DNA of 29,709 bases from an uncultured delta proteobacterium (GTDB lineage: Bacteria; Myxococcota_A; Polyangia; Fen-1088). The stretch spans positions 1 through 29,709 of the forward strand of contig CAWCMR010000019.1 of the NCBI GenBank assembly GCA_963796685.1. Reading direction: 5' to 3'. Numbering within the stretch: the stretch's first letter is position 1; each line of letters begins with the position of its first letter. Of this stretch, positions 1-9,001 are shown piece after piece. The translations under genes and the position numbers were made by a program. The notes below the pieces were generated by a model. The model saw nothing but the letters and a program-made list of their open reading frames with translations, searched no databases and was not told where the DNA came from.

Positions 1-29
1 CGATACCTGTCGGATCTCGAGGCACATCC

Positions 30-193
30 CCGACCGAGGGTACTTTCCGGCCCCGCCGCCGTCCGAAACCCGGACAACCGCTGGATCAGGTCCTGGATCC
101 GGTCCGAGGGTAATCTCCCCGGATCCACCACATCCTTCATCGCCGACCGAGGGTACCTTCTGTTCCCACCGCCGTCCGAAAACCGGACAACCG
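30..193. repeat. Two imperfect 51-bp direct repeats (30-80, 143-193) with internal hairpins, plus a partial third core near 104-112
   Basis: CCGACCGAGGGTAC...CCGCCGTCCGAAA[C/A]CCGGACAACCG, 45/51 identical. Each copy contains a GTCCG-N5-CGGAC hairpin. The 113-bp period is not a multiple of 3, so this is not an in-frame protein repeat. Confidence 0.9.
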
Positions 194-200
194 TCGCGTC

Positions 201-1575
201 ATGAGGTGGCTTTTCGCTGTGCCACTGGCGACATCCGCGATCCTGCTACTCGTAGCGTTGAGCGGAGCTGCCCCGGTGCTACCCTCGGACGCCCGCTGCA
301 TCGCCACCTGGGGCGATGGCGGCATCCACAGGCGCGAGTCCCTATGCGGCACCAAGAACCACACCATCCTGCTGGCGCGCACGGATCCCCCGAATCGGGT
401 CAGCCGCTTCGAGTGGAAGTCCGAAGCCGAGCTGATGGGGCAGACCGGACGGGTCAGTGCCAGCTTCAGCCAGGTCAAGCGCATGGTGGGCTTCACCGAC
501 CCGGCCGGCGGGCAGACCACGCTGGAATACGACCGGCAGGGATTGCTGGTCGGGATGCGCATGCCGAACGGTGCGCAGACGCGCTGGCGCTACGATCGCC
601 TAGGTCGCTGCATCGAGGTCGTGGATGCCAAGGGCAATCACGAGCGGCGCGAATTCGACCTGGCCGGCCGCATCCTGCGCGTAGAGGTCCCTGACGGCAA
701 CGTACGCAAGCTGACCTACGATGCCGAGGGCAACGTCCTGGCGGTCAAGGACCAGCACTACGACGTCAAGTTCGCCTATCAGGGCATGGGCCGCCTAGCC
801 TCGCGCACGCAGGAAGGCACCACGGTCGCGTTCGAGTACGACCGCGAAGAGTCGCTGGTCGCCATCCACAACGAGGCCTGCGCCGTGTACCGCTTCACCC
901 TGGACAAGGCCGGCAACGTCAAGCAAGAGAGCGGCTTCGACGGGCTTCTGCGCAAGTACGGCCGCGACAAGGCCGGCCGCGTGCTGACCGTCGAGCGCCC
1001 CGACGACCGGGCCACCGCATACAGCTACGACGCCAGCGGCCGGGTCGTCGCGGTCAAGTACAGCGACGGAACCAGCGAGCGCTACGCCTATCGACCCGAC
1101 GGCGGCTTGATCGAGGCAAGCAACGCCACCGCCACGGTGAAATTCTAACGCGATGCCCTGGGCCGCATCGTGAAGGAGCTTCAGGACGCCGACATCGTGG
1201 AGAGCGCGTTCGACCTGCTCGGTCTGCGCAGCCGCATGAATACCAGCAAGGGTCACGTGCTGGAAATCGAGCGCAACCTCGTGGGCGACGTGGTGGGCAT
1301 GAAGGCCGGCGGCGGCCCGGTGGCACCGGGCAAGCAAGAGGCGCAGGCCATCCTTCCGCCCTGGGAAGCCCGCTTCACCCGCGACCAGCTCGGCCTGGAG
1401 GTCGAGCGCACCCTGCCCGGTGGCGTACGCGCCCGCTGGGAGCGCGACAGCGTAGGCCGGCCGCTCGAGCGCGAGATCTGGTCTGGCGGTACCGTGGTCT
1501 CCGCGCAAGCGTACACCTGGTAGCCGAATGACAGGCTCAAGATGATTGTCGACGCCCTCAAAGGCCCCGCGGAAT
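201..1575 (+). pseudogene. Rhs/YD-repeat protein remnant: internal core only, two in-frame stops, no PxxxxDPxG core end or toxin tip
   Basis: YD repeats (YDRQGLL, YDRLGRC, YDAEGNV, YDASGRV) and the Rhs-like RCIATWGDGG. Rhs-like sequence continues in frame through TAA 1146-1148 (VKF*RDALGRIV) and TAG 1521-1523 (YTW*PNDRLKMIVDALKGP), then stops near 1570. Confidence 0.85.
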
Positions 1576-1886
1576 GCCGGATACAACAGGTACCGACTGG
1601 CCGGACCACTTCTTGTCGACAGTAACCCGTTCACTGTTGAGTTGTGTTTTGCTCAAACATTTCTGTGGGTATTGAGCATGTCGATCCACGATGCAGGGCA
1701 GAGCGTCTCGTGGTCCTCTTGGTCAGAGGCCGCTGAACTCGGAAGAACCAACGTCATCAAAAGATCCTTGCAGGGCACTATGGCCAACCTCCCTATGCCT
1801 ATCCCTGGGGTGAGGTTGTCGCAAATTACGACCCACGCGGTGGCAGCAGTAACATCACAGTACGATATGCCACTCGAATTGCATGA
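1570..1886 (+). pseudogene. 5'-truncated, frameshifted low-GC gene fragment, possibly a polymorphic-toxin immunity protein
   Basis: One frame reads RNAGYNRYRL...SWSSWSEAAELGR to ~1746; after a 1-nt shift it reads QRHQKILAGHYGQPPYAYPWGEVVANYDPRGGSSNITVRYATRIA, TGA 1884-1886. GC ~53% (127/240 nt at 1621-1860). No start codon of its own. Immunity role inferred from position. Confidence 0.55.
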
Positions 1887-2077
1887 ACGCGCCACTCGGC
1901 ATGCTTTCCCCAAGAAATGTGCTGCCGAACGGATGGTGCCCCCTGGGTGGCGCTAGAGTTCTCCTGTATCCGTTCGCATATTCTGGTAGCAGCGGCCATT
2001 TGGAGGCAAACGATGCCCATGCCCCCGCCGACCGTCGCATGGCCGGCCCGAGAATCGCCCAAGCCTAGTGGGCTAGC

Positions 2078-3208
2078 TCATTCGCTGCCGCCGTCGACGG
2101 TCTCGTCCGGCAGCTCGCCCGTGCCCCAGAAATCCCAGTTCCAGTAGTCGTCGGTGCCCTGGGGTTGCACCGCGACGATGCAGCGAAGCTGCAAGCGCTG
2201 GCTGCCGCCTCGAGGCCCCGCCACGTCGAGCAAGCCGTTCTGTCCTGTCGCGAGATGCAGCGACGTGCCCGCGCTCTTCGGCGTGAACACAAATGCGTAA
2301 TCGTCGCCCGACCACGACAGCGCATCTTGCGCGGCTGGCCCGCAGTGCAGAGCCTCGGTGGCGATTGAGAACGGCAGGTCCTTCATGGGATTGGCCGCCA
2401 CCCCACTCGTGCTGTTCGACCGCCCGCCCGAGCCGACGAACAGAATGTTGCCCTCGGTCGAGCCCGTCTCGGCGTCGTAGACCGCCAACCAGTAGAGACC
2501 GGGACAGAAGCCGGGAACGTCGTTGTCGAGGTGCCACACCACGCGCACGCGCCGCCCGACCGGGACGCCGACGGAGATGTTCGCGCCCGTGTCCACCGCC
2601 TGGCACGCGCCGAAGGCGCCGTTGCACACGACGAAGCGATAGAGGCTCGGCTGGCAGCCGGTGGACGCCACGCAGCTATCGACAGTCAGCTGATTGCCGA
2701 CCTGGTTGGTCACCGTTCCCTCGAAGTCGTTGAGCGGCCACGCGGCCGCGCCGTCCGGCGTGTTGTAAGTCGGCGGCGATTGCGTTCGCCCGTCGGGGGT
2801 CGTGAGCGAAAACGTGAAGTGCGAAAGCCCGTAGCGTCCGCCGGCTTCCTGCCACAGGCAGGATTCGCCGCGGTCGGGTCCGGCCTCGCTGCCCGCACCG
2901 TCGGGGCTCGAGGTCTCGCCGCCTGCGCCGTCGGGCTGGTCGCCCGCCTCGACGGCCGCCTCGGGCCCAACCGGCACCTCCGGCGGCGTAACCTTGTCGG
3001 CCGGCGTGTCAGGCTGACTGTCGGGACGTGTGTCGGCCGCCAGATCTCGCACCTCGGGCGACGTCGGCGGCGTGTCCGGCCCTACGTCCTTGGGTGAAGA
3101 CGTGGCGTCCGTGCCCGAATCGGGCGTCGGCTTGCCTTTCCCGTCGGAGCAGGCCATCGTCAGGAGTGGGGCGATCAGGAACCAGCAAGGCGAAAGCGAA
3201 CGATGCAT
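2078..3208 (-). CDS. Hypothetical lipoprotein with Pro/Asp-rich linker and Cys-containing beta-rich domain
   Basis: 376-aa ORF, signal peptide with lipobox LTMA-C, GGAGG-like SD upstream, low-complexity linker. Confidence 0.85.
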   Translation of the reverse strand: MHRSLSPCWFLIAPLLTMACSDGKGKPTPDSGTDATSSPKDVGPDTPPTSPEVRDLAADTRPDSQPDTPADKVTPPEVPVGPEAAVEAGDQPDGAGGETSSPDGAGSEAGPDRGESCLWQEAGGRYGLSHFTFSLTTPDGRTQSPPTYNTPDGAAAWPLNDFEGTVTNQVGNQLTVDSCVASTGCQPSLYRFVVCNGAFGACQAVDTGANISVGVPVGRRVRVVWHLDNDVPGFCPGLYWLAVYDAETGSTEGNILFVGSGGRSNSTSGVAANPMKDLPFSIATEALHCGPAAQDALSWSGDDYAFVFTPKSAGTSLHLATGQNGLLDVAGPRGGSQRLQLRCIVAVQPQGTDDYWNWDFWGTGELPDETVDGGSE

Positions 3209-3425
3209 GAGATAGGTCCTCCGTGAACAGATCGAGAGCGCGGCACCTGGGCACCATGCAAGCCATGGACCGCAGCCAATCCTTCGAGTTTCCGCCGGCT
3301 TCCGCGCTCACGCCCGACGTGCCCAGGGCATTTCGATCAGGTGCTGCGAACGGCCCCTCTCGGACCGGTGAGTTGCTTGAGCCAAAATGTCGATTGGGCG
3401 GAACTGCAGGCCAAGAGGAGCGACT

Positions 3426-4829
3426 ATGATCCTAATACGACAATGGGGTACCGGAATAGGCTTGGCGTTGTTGATGGCCGCTTGTGGTTCTGGGGGCAAT
3501 GGCTCCTCCGGCGCTGGCGGTAGTGGCCAAAAGGGTGGAACGACTGGAAATTCGACCGGTGGAACGGCCGGAAATTCGGCCGGTGGAACGACAGGCGGAA
3601 CGGCTGGGGGAACCACAGGCGGAACGACTGGAAGCCCGCAAGGTGGGGCCGGCGGTAGTTCGGCCGGCGGGTCGGCCGGCAGCCCGAAGGGCGGTACAAC
3701 CGGGACTGCGACCGGTGTCACCACCACCACGCCGACCGGTGGCTCAAACACCACGCCGGCCGGTGGATCAACCACCACACCGACCGGTGGATCAACCACC
3801 GGCCTGGGAGGGGCGACCGGAGGAGGCGGCGGAACGGCTACCGGTGGAACGATGGGAACCGCGACCGGTGGCAAGCCTGGAGGAACCGGCGGTCAAGCGG
3901 GAAGCGCCGGGTCTGGCGGTCAGACCGGTGGCACGAGCGGTACGGGGGTCGATGGCGGCGTGGTAAGTGGTTGCGTCGCCAGCAAGCAATGGACCACGGC
4001 CAACCCCACCGCCGCGGGCCCGTTCACGGTTGCGGCCGACAAGGGCGTGGGGCCCTTGGCGGGCTACACCCCCGATCCGATCTACGGAGACCAACAACAG
4101 CGATTCAACGTCTATCGCCCGTCGAACCTCGCGACCAGCGGGTACTGCCACCCCATCCTGATCTGGGCGAACGGTCACACGGATAATCCCGAACCGAATC
4201 CCCCGCTGTGTGTCACTGACTCCGCGGCCAACAAGTGGTGTGGACAGTACTTGCCGCTGATGCAGCATCTCGCCTCGCACGGTTTCTTGGTGGTTGCGTC
4301 GCTCAGCACCACCACCTCCAAGGGCGACCCGCTACCCACCATCGCCGGCTTGAACTGGATCCTCCAGCAGGCCGAGGATCCGACCAGCCCCTACTATCAC
4401 CACCTCGACACGACCAACATCGGCCAGCTCGGCCACTCGGAGGGCGCGATGTCGACCTGCATGTCCGCGTCCGAGCCGCGCTACAAGGCTCTCGCCTCGA
4501 TTTGCGGCACCACGACGCTCAAGGGGGTTCACACGCCGTTCCTGTTCTTCTGCGGTGGAAAAGACACGGTGGTGGGCTGCGATAACCCTAGAACCGCCTT
4601 CCTCTCGGTCACGGACCAGCCTGCCATCCTCATCGACGAGCTGAGCTCGGACCACGGGAGCTGGGTCTACCAGGGTGCCAAGGGTGTTTCCCTTTCCATG
4701 GCGGCCGCGTGGTTCAGGGTTCACCTGATGAACGACACCGCGAACCGCAAGTACTTCTATGGCGCGAACTGCACCTTCTGCACCGACAGCCGCGTGAAGG
4801 TCGAGCAGAACAGCCTGATGGCCCAGTAG
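3426..4829 (+). CDS. Lipoprotein with long Gly/Thr linker and C-terminal alpha/beta hydrolase (cutinase/chlorophyllase/lipase-like)
   Basis: GAGGAG SD then ATG 3426, lipobox LMAA-C, HLASHGFLV, nucleophile elbow GHSEG, candidate Asp (GGKDTVV) and His (SDHGSW), C-terminal CTFC. Confidence 0.85.
   Translation: MILIRQWGTGIGLALLMAACGSGGNGSSGAGGSGQKGGTTGNSTGGTAGNSAGGTTGGTAGGTTGGTTGSPQGGAGGSSAGGSAGSPKGGTTGTATGVTTTTPTGGSNTTPAGGSTTTPTGGSTTGLGGATGGGGGTATGGTMGTATGGKPGGTGGQAGSAGSGGQTGGTSGTGVDGGVVSGCVASKQWTTANPTAAGPFTVAADKGVGPLAGYTPDPIYGDQQQRFNVYRPSNLATSGYCHPILIWANGHTDNPEPNPPLCVTDSAANKWCGQYLPLMQHLASHGFLVVASLSTTTSKGDPLPTIAGLNWILQQAEDPTSPYYHHLDTTNIGQLGHSEGAMSTCMSASEPRYKALASICGTTTLKGVHTPFLFFCGGKDTVVGCDNPRTAFLSVTDQPAILIDELSSDHGSWVYQGAKGVSLSMAAAWFRVHLMNDTANRKYFYGANCTFCTDSRVKVEQNSLMAQ
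3723..3794 (+). repeat. Three 24-bp coding tandem repeats ([T/N]TTP[T/A]GGS) in the hydrolase linker
   Basis: Units 3723-3746, 3747-3770 and 3771-3794 read directly from the sequence. Confidence 0.85.
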
Positions 4830-4876
4830 GCGGACGACACAAGGCCGAGCTGCGTATCACGGGCCCCGCACCGGCG

Positions 4877-4918
4877 AAGCAGATCCTGGGCAAAGCAGAT
4901 CCTGCAAAGCAGATCCTG
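4877..4918. repeat. Intergenic triple repeat AAGCAGATCCTG
   Basis: Exact 12-mer at 4877-4888, 4893-4904 and 4907-4918. Confidence 0.9.
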
Positions 4919-5065
4919 ATCGATGCCTTGCAGCCGCCTCCGGACGTCTCCGCCGATCGTCTTCGGACGCTTCGCTAGGCTTGTCACGGCCCATGCTCGC
5001 AACGTCGTGGACCCTCTCGGCATCTCACTCGAAGCGCCGATCAGGAGGCGCACGAGAGGAGCCGC

Positions 5066-5995
5066 ATGCGCGCAGTCATGATCACGAAACAGGGTGGGCC
5101 CGAGGTTCTTGCTGTTCGCGACTTCTCCGTGCGCGCGGCCGGGCGCGGCGAGGTACGCATCTCGGTGAAGGCGGCGGCCGTGAATCCAACCGACATCCTG
5201 CTGCGGACGAACGCGGCGTACGCCAAGGGGACACCGGGCATTCCCGGAATGGACGCTGCCGGCGTCATCGAGTCCGTGGGAGAGGGGGTGGATCGCCTCA
5301 ACGTGGGGGACCAGGTGATGGCGGCGGTGAGCCCGCGGCGCCCCGAAGGAGGAGCCCAGATCGAGCTGCAGGTGGTACCGGCGGCTTCGGTCGTGCCGAT
5401 TCCGCGCGGCGCGACGCTGGCGCAGGCGTCGACGCTGCCGATGAACGGGCTGACCGCGCTGCTCGCACTCGACCTGCTCAAGCTGGAGACCGGGAAGACC
5501 CTCGCGGTAAGCGGCGGTGCCGGGCACCTGGCGTCTATTGCCATCGTGCTGGCGAAGCAGCGCGGGCTGCGGGTGATCGCCGATGCGAAGACCTCCGAGA
5601 CGGAGCTGGTGCGTAGCCACGGGGCGGACGTTGTTGTGGCGCGCAGCGAGCGGTTTTGCGACGAGGTGCGTGCCGCAACAAAAGGAGGCGCCGATGCGCT
5701 GTTCGACACGGCGCTCTTGGGGCGAGACGCCTTCCCCGCCGTTCGCGATGGCGGCGCCTATGTGCCGGTGCGCGGCTGGGACGAGACCCCGGCCGAGCGC
5801 GGGATCCGCGTCCTCCCGGTCTTTGTCGGCGAGGCTCTCGAACGGACAGATTGGCTGAACGAGCTGCGCGATCTGGCGTCGCGTGGAGTGATCAAGCTGC
5901 GCGTCGCGAAGGAATATGCCCCCGAGCGCGCCGCGGACGCTCAGCGCGCGATGGAGGCGGGCGGATTGCGCGGACGGGCGGTCATCGTTTTCTGA
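5066..5995 (+). CDS. MDR-family NADPH:quinone oxidoreductase-like protein (zinc-independent)
   Basis: GGPEVL, VKAAAVNPTD, PGMDAAGVI, SGGAGHLA, GRAVIVF; SD GAGGAG; 309 aa. Confidence 0.92.
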   Translation: MRAVMITKQGGPEVLAVRDFSVRAAGRGEVRISVKAAAVNPTDILLRTNAAYAKGTPGIPGMDAAGVIESVGEGVDRLNVGDQVMAAVSPRRPEGGAQIELQVVPAASVVPIPRGATLAQASTLPMNGLTALLALDLLKLETGKTLAVSGGAGHLASIAIVLAKQRGLRVIADAKTSETELVRSHGADVVVARSERFCDEVRAATKGGADALFDTALLGRDAFPAVRDGGAYVPVRGWDETPAERGIRVLPVFVGEALERTDWLNELRDLASRGVIKLRVAKEYAPERAADAQRAMEAGGLRGRAVIVF

Positions 5996-6022
5996 TGAGG
6001 AACGTGCCGGAACCTCAACGCA

Positions 6023-7126
6023 TCACACGTTGAACTTGAAGTGGATCACGTCGCCGTCGCGCACGACGTATTCCTTGCCTTCGATGGCCAGCTTGGCGTT
6101 CGCGCGGCACGCGGCTTCGGACTTCAACCGGATGAGATCCTCCCACCAGATCACGTCGGCCTTGATGAAGCCGCGCTCGAAGTCGGTGTGGATGGCGCCC
6201 GCGGCTTGCGGTGCCTTGGCGCCTCGTGGAATCGTCCACGCCCGGCACTCGTCCTCGCCCGCGGTGAGGAAGGTGATCAGATCCAGGACCGCGTAGGCGG
6301 TGCGCGCCACGCTGTGCAGGCCGGGCTCCTTGAGCCCAAGGCTCTCCAGAAAGGCCGGGCGATCCGCAGCATCGAGCCCGGCGATCTCGGCTTCGGCTGC
6401 GGCACAGATGGCCACCAGCTTGGCGCCTTCCTTGGCCGCCTGAGCGCGCAGGGCCGACACCGCGGGGTCGCTGTCGACCGTGGCCAATTGCTTCTCGGCC
6501 ACGTTGGCCACGTAGAAGACCTGCTTGTGGGTCAGCAGGAACAGCTCGCGCAGAAGTCCGTTTTCCTCGTCGGAGAGCCCCTGCGCGCGCACGGGCACGC
6601 CCTCGGCCAGGCCCTTCTGGATCTTCAGACAGGCCTCGAGGCGCGCCTTTTCTTCCTTGGATGCCCCGCCCTTCATGGCGGTCTTGGCCCGCTCGATCCG
6701 CTTCTCGACGGTTTCCAAATCCTTGAGGCACAGCTCGGTGTCGATGGTCAGCACGTCCGACACCGGATCGATGCGGCCGTCGACGTGAACGATGTTGTCG
6801 TCCTCGAAACAGCGCACGACGTGCGCGATGGCGTCAGCCTCGCGGATGTTGGCAAGGAACTGGTTGCCGAGCCCCTCGCCCTTCGAAGCCCCACGCACGA
6901 GCCCCGCGATGTCGACGAAGTTGACCGTCGCGGGCACGACCGACTTCGGATGGTACAGCTCGACCAGGGCGTCGAGGCGTGGATCCGGCACCTGCACCAC
7001 GCCGACGTTGGGCTCGATGGTGCAGAACGGATAGTTGGCGACGGCCGCTCCGGCCGCCGACAACGCATTAAAGAGCGTCGACTTGCCCACGTTGGGCAAG
7101 CCGACGATTCCGCATGAGATTCCCAT
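6023..7126 (-). CDS. ychF: Redox-regulated ATPase YchF
   Basis: [44 protein letters not shown] domain with [14 protein letters not shown], ending FKFNV. Confidence 0.98.
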   Translation of the reverse strand: MGISCGIVGLPNVGKSTLFNALSAAGAAVANYPFCTIEPNVGVVQVPDPRLDALVELYHPKSVVPATVNFVDIAGLVRGASKGEGLGNQFLANIREADAIAHVVRCFEDDNIVHVDGRIDPVSDVLTIDTELCLKDLETVEKRIERAKTAMKGGASKEEKARLEACLKIQKGLAEGVPVRAQGLSDEENGLLRELFLLTHKQVFYVANVAEKQLATVDSDPAVSALRAQAAKEGAKLVAICAAAEAEIAGLDAADRPAFLESLGLKEPGLHSVARTAYAVLDLITFLTAGEDECRAWTIPRGAKAPQAAGAIHTDFERGFIKADVIWWEDLIRLKSEAACRANAKLAIEGKEYVVRDGDVIHFKFNV

Positions 7127-7133
7127 TTGATGG

Positions 7134-7160
7134 CGCAGAGCCCGCTGGGCGAGCCCTGCG
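7134..7160 (-). other. Stable hairpin between atpE and ychF (no U-tract)
   Basis: Minus strand CGCAGGGCTCGC-CCA-GCGGGCTCTGCG, 12-bp stem with G-U pairs, ending 7 nt before the ychF ATG. Confidence 0.6.
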
Positions 7161-7174
7161 TACTTCTAGCTCGG

Positions 7175-7504
7175 CTAGAGCTTGCCGGCCAGGTTGAAGG
7201 CGATGAGCAAGCCGTAGATGACGAGCGACTCGATCAGTGCCAGGGCGACGATCATGGGCATGAATATCTTGCCCGAGGCCTGTGGGTTGCGGGCAATGCC
7301 GTCGAGAGCGGCTGCCGCCGCGCGGCCCTGACCGAGACCACCGCCCAAGGCGGCGAGCCCGATGGCAAGAGCGGCGCCGATGCCAATCAGGCCCTTGGAA
7401 TTGTCGGCGGCTGGAGCGGCACCCTGTGCAAAAGCGGCGGCGCTGGATAGGGCCATGAGCACGAAGGCGGTGAGCGGAACGAACAACTTGGCTACTCGGC
7501 GCAT
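7175..7504 (-). CDS. atpE: F0F1 ATP synthase subunit c with N-terminal signal-like extension
   Basis: [17 protein letters not shown] loop, [10 protein letters not shown]; SD GGAGG. Confidence 0.96.
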   Translation of the reverse strand: MRRVAKLFVPLTAFVLMALSSAAAFAQGAAPAADNSKGLIGIGAALAIGLAALGGGLGQGRAAAAALDGIARNPQASGKIFMPMIVALALIESLVIYGLLIAFNLAGKL

Positions 7505-7552
7505 CTCGGAATCCTCCTGTAGGGGACGTGGTGGGTGGGGCGAACCATAAGG

Positions 7553-8323
7553 CTAGTGCTCCTCATGAGCAATAGCGGTCGATATGTAAATGGTCGAGAG
7601 CAGGGAAAATACGATGGCCTGCACGAGCGCGACAAGCACTCCCAATCCAAGGAAGATCACCGGGATGAGAAGCGGGATCAGCGAGAAGAACACCGCGCCA
7701 ACCTTGTGATCCGCCGTGATGTTGCCGAGAAGACGCACGGAGAGAGAGACGGGACGAGCGACGTGGCTGATGAGCTCGATGGGGATCATGAGCGGCGCCA
7801 GCCACCAAACCGGCCCCATGAAATGCTTGAAGTATTTGAGCCCGTGGGTGGCGACGCCGAAGACGTGCGTCAGCACGAACACCAGGACAGCCAGACCGAG
7901 GTTGGTCTTGAGGTTGGCCGTCGGGGGAAGAAACCCGGGAATCAGGGAGAGAAAATTGCAGAACAGGATGAAGAGAAACAGGGAGCCGATGAGGGGCAGG
8001 TACTTGCGGGCGTTCTTGGCGCCCATCGGGCCTTCCATCAAGCCGAACACCATGTCGCCGAAGGTTTCGAGCAGGTTGCGCAGGCAAAAGCGCGGAGGGG
8101 GCACCGCACCGCCATCCGGGGCCATGCGGATGCTCAGCGCGTAGCGAAAAGCAAACAGCACGAGCAGCAGGAAGACCAAGAGGCCGCCAAGGATATGGTC
8201 GATCTCGAAGTGCGTGGACTGGAATACCTGCCAGGTCCACCGGCGACCTAGATAAGGTTGCAGGTTCTGGCGCAGGGATTCGTAACCAGGAAAGAGGCTG
8301 AACCAAGTGGCGTGTGGACCCAT
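7553..8323 (-). CDS. atpB: F0F1 ATP synthase subunit a
   Basis: PPTANL, IELISHVARPVSLSVRLLGN (essential Arg), VQAIVFSLLSTIYI. Confidence 0.97.
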   Translation of the reverse strand: MGPHATWFSLFPGYESLRQNLQPYLGRRWTWQVFQSTHFEIDHILGGLLVFLLLVLFAFRYALSIRMAPDGGAVPPPRFCLRNLLETFGDMVFGLMEGPMGAKNARKYLPLIGSLFLFILFCNFLSLIPGFLPPTANLKTNLGLAVLVFVLTHVFGVATHGLKYFKHFMGPVWWLAPLMIPIELISHVARPVSLSVRLLGNITADHKVGAVFFSLIPLLIPVIFLGLGVLVALVQAIVFSLLSTIYISTAIAHEEH

Positions 8324-8326
8324 GCT

Positions 8327-8716
8327 CTATGCTTTCCCCTGCTCGCCGGCCGTGGACCCTATCCAGAGCCCGGCGAAGACCAGCGAGATTGGCAAAACCG
8401 AAATTCCGATGGCGAATGGCACGAGGGCCAGATTGTAGACGCGGATGCACACCCAGACCAGCCCGAAGAGAATCAACATCTTCGCGCCCAGCGCCGCCAT
8501 CAACCAGGATGCCTGCGCCTTGTCGCCAGCCGAAGCCCGCACCACGGCGCGGCCGGCCAGCCGCCGGATGACCCACAGATTCGTGCACGCCAAAAGCGCG
8601 CCCACGCCGCCGGCCAACACGCCCGCGCCACCCCAGCCAAGCCCGACCAGCGCCGTCACGGCGACAGCCAAGATCAGGTTGGCAAGATCCATGGTGCCGA
8701 AGTTTTTGCTGCTCAT
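8327..8716 (-). CDS. atpI: ATP synthase protein I-like membrane protein
   Basis: 129 aa, about 4 hydrophobic segments, ATG 8716 overlaps upstream TGA (ATGA), directly precedes atpB. Confidence 0.75.
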   Translation of the reverse strand: MSSKNFGTMDLANLILAVAVTALVGLGWGGAGVLAGGVGALLACTNLWVIRRLAGRAVVRASAGDKAQASWLMAALGAKMLILFGLVWVCIRVYNLALVPFAIGISVLPISLVFAGLWIGSTAGEQGKA

Positions 8717-8967
8717 TTCAGGTCCGGTCGATTCTTTTCTTCGTCGTCGAGAGTCTTCTGGTAGCTGCGAACGACCCGAACCAGCGCCTTGATGCTTGCC
8801 CCCACCCCGGCCGCGAACCCCACCCACATGAACCAGGGAGCCACACCCAGCTTGCGATCCAAGTACTGTCCGCCGAAGTACCCTATGCCAATGGCCGCTG
8901 CGATTTCAATACCAACCGCACCGGTCGAGCCGGCAACGCTCCACATTTTCTTGGCTTCGGGATCCAT
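8713..8967 (-). CDS. atpZ: AtpZ/AtpI family protein
   Basis: GIEIAAAIGIGYFGGQYLDRKLGVAPW motif, two TM segments, first gene of the F0 cluster. Confidence 0.85.
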   Translation of the reverse strand: MDPEAKKMWSVAGSTGAVGIEIAAAIGIGYFGGQYLDRKLGVAPWFMWVGFAAGVGASIKALVRVVRSYQKTLDDEEKNRPDLK

Positions 8968-8973
8968 GGCGTG

Positions 8974-8982
8974 AGGCTAACA
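8974..8982 (-). promoter_or_regulatory. Putative extended -10 promoter giving a leaderless atpZ transcript
   Basis: TG-T-TAGCCT then 6 nt then ATG; no SD. Confidence 0.55.
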
Positions 8983-9001
8983 CCGTCCCCGAGGCGCGGT
9001 T

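Noticed and set aside
30-193. CRISPR array or integron attC sites
   Set aside because: Only two 51-bp copies, the spacer is itself repeat-like, no cas or integrase in view, and no RYYYAAC...GTTRRRY boundaries.
1146-1523. Alternative genetic code (TAA/TAG read as Glu)
   Set aside because: TAA and TAG end conserved genes normally here (rplI TAA; rpsF, rpsR, pth, dnaB TAG).
1546-1956. 136-aa ORF as an intact gene
   Set aside because: Its start lies inside Rhs sequence, and the protein-like signal moves to another frame after ~1747.
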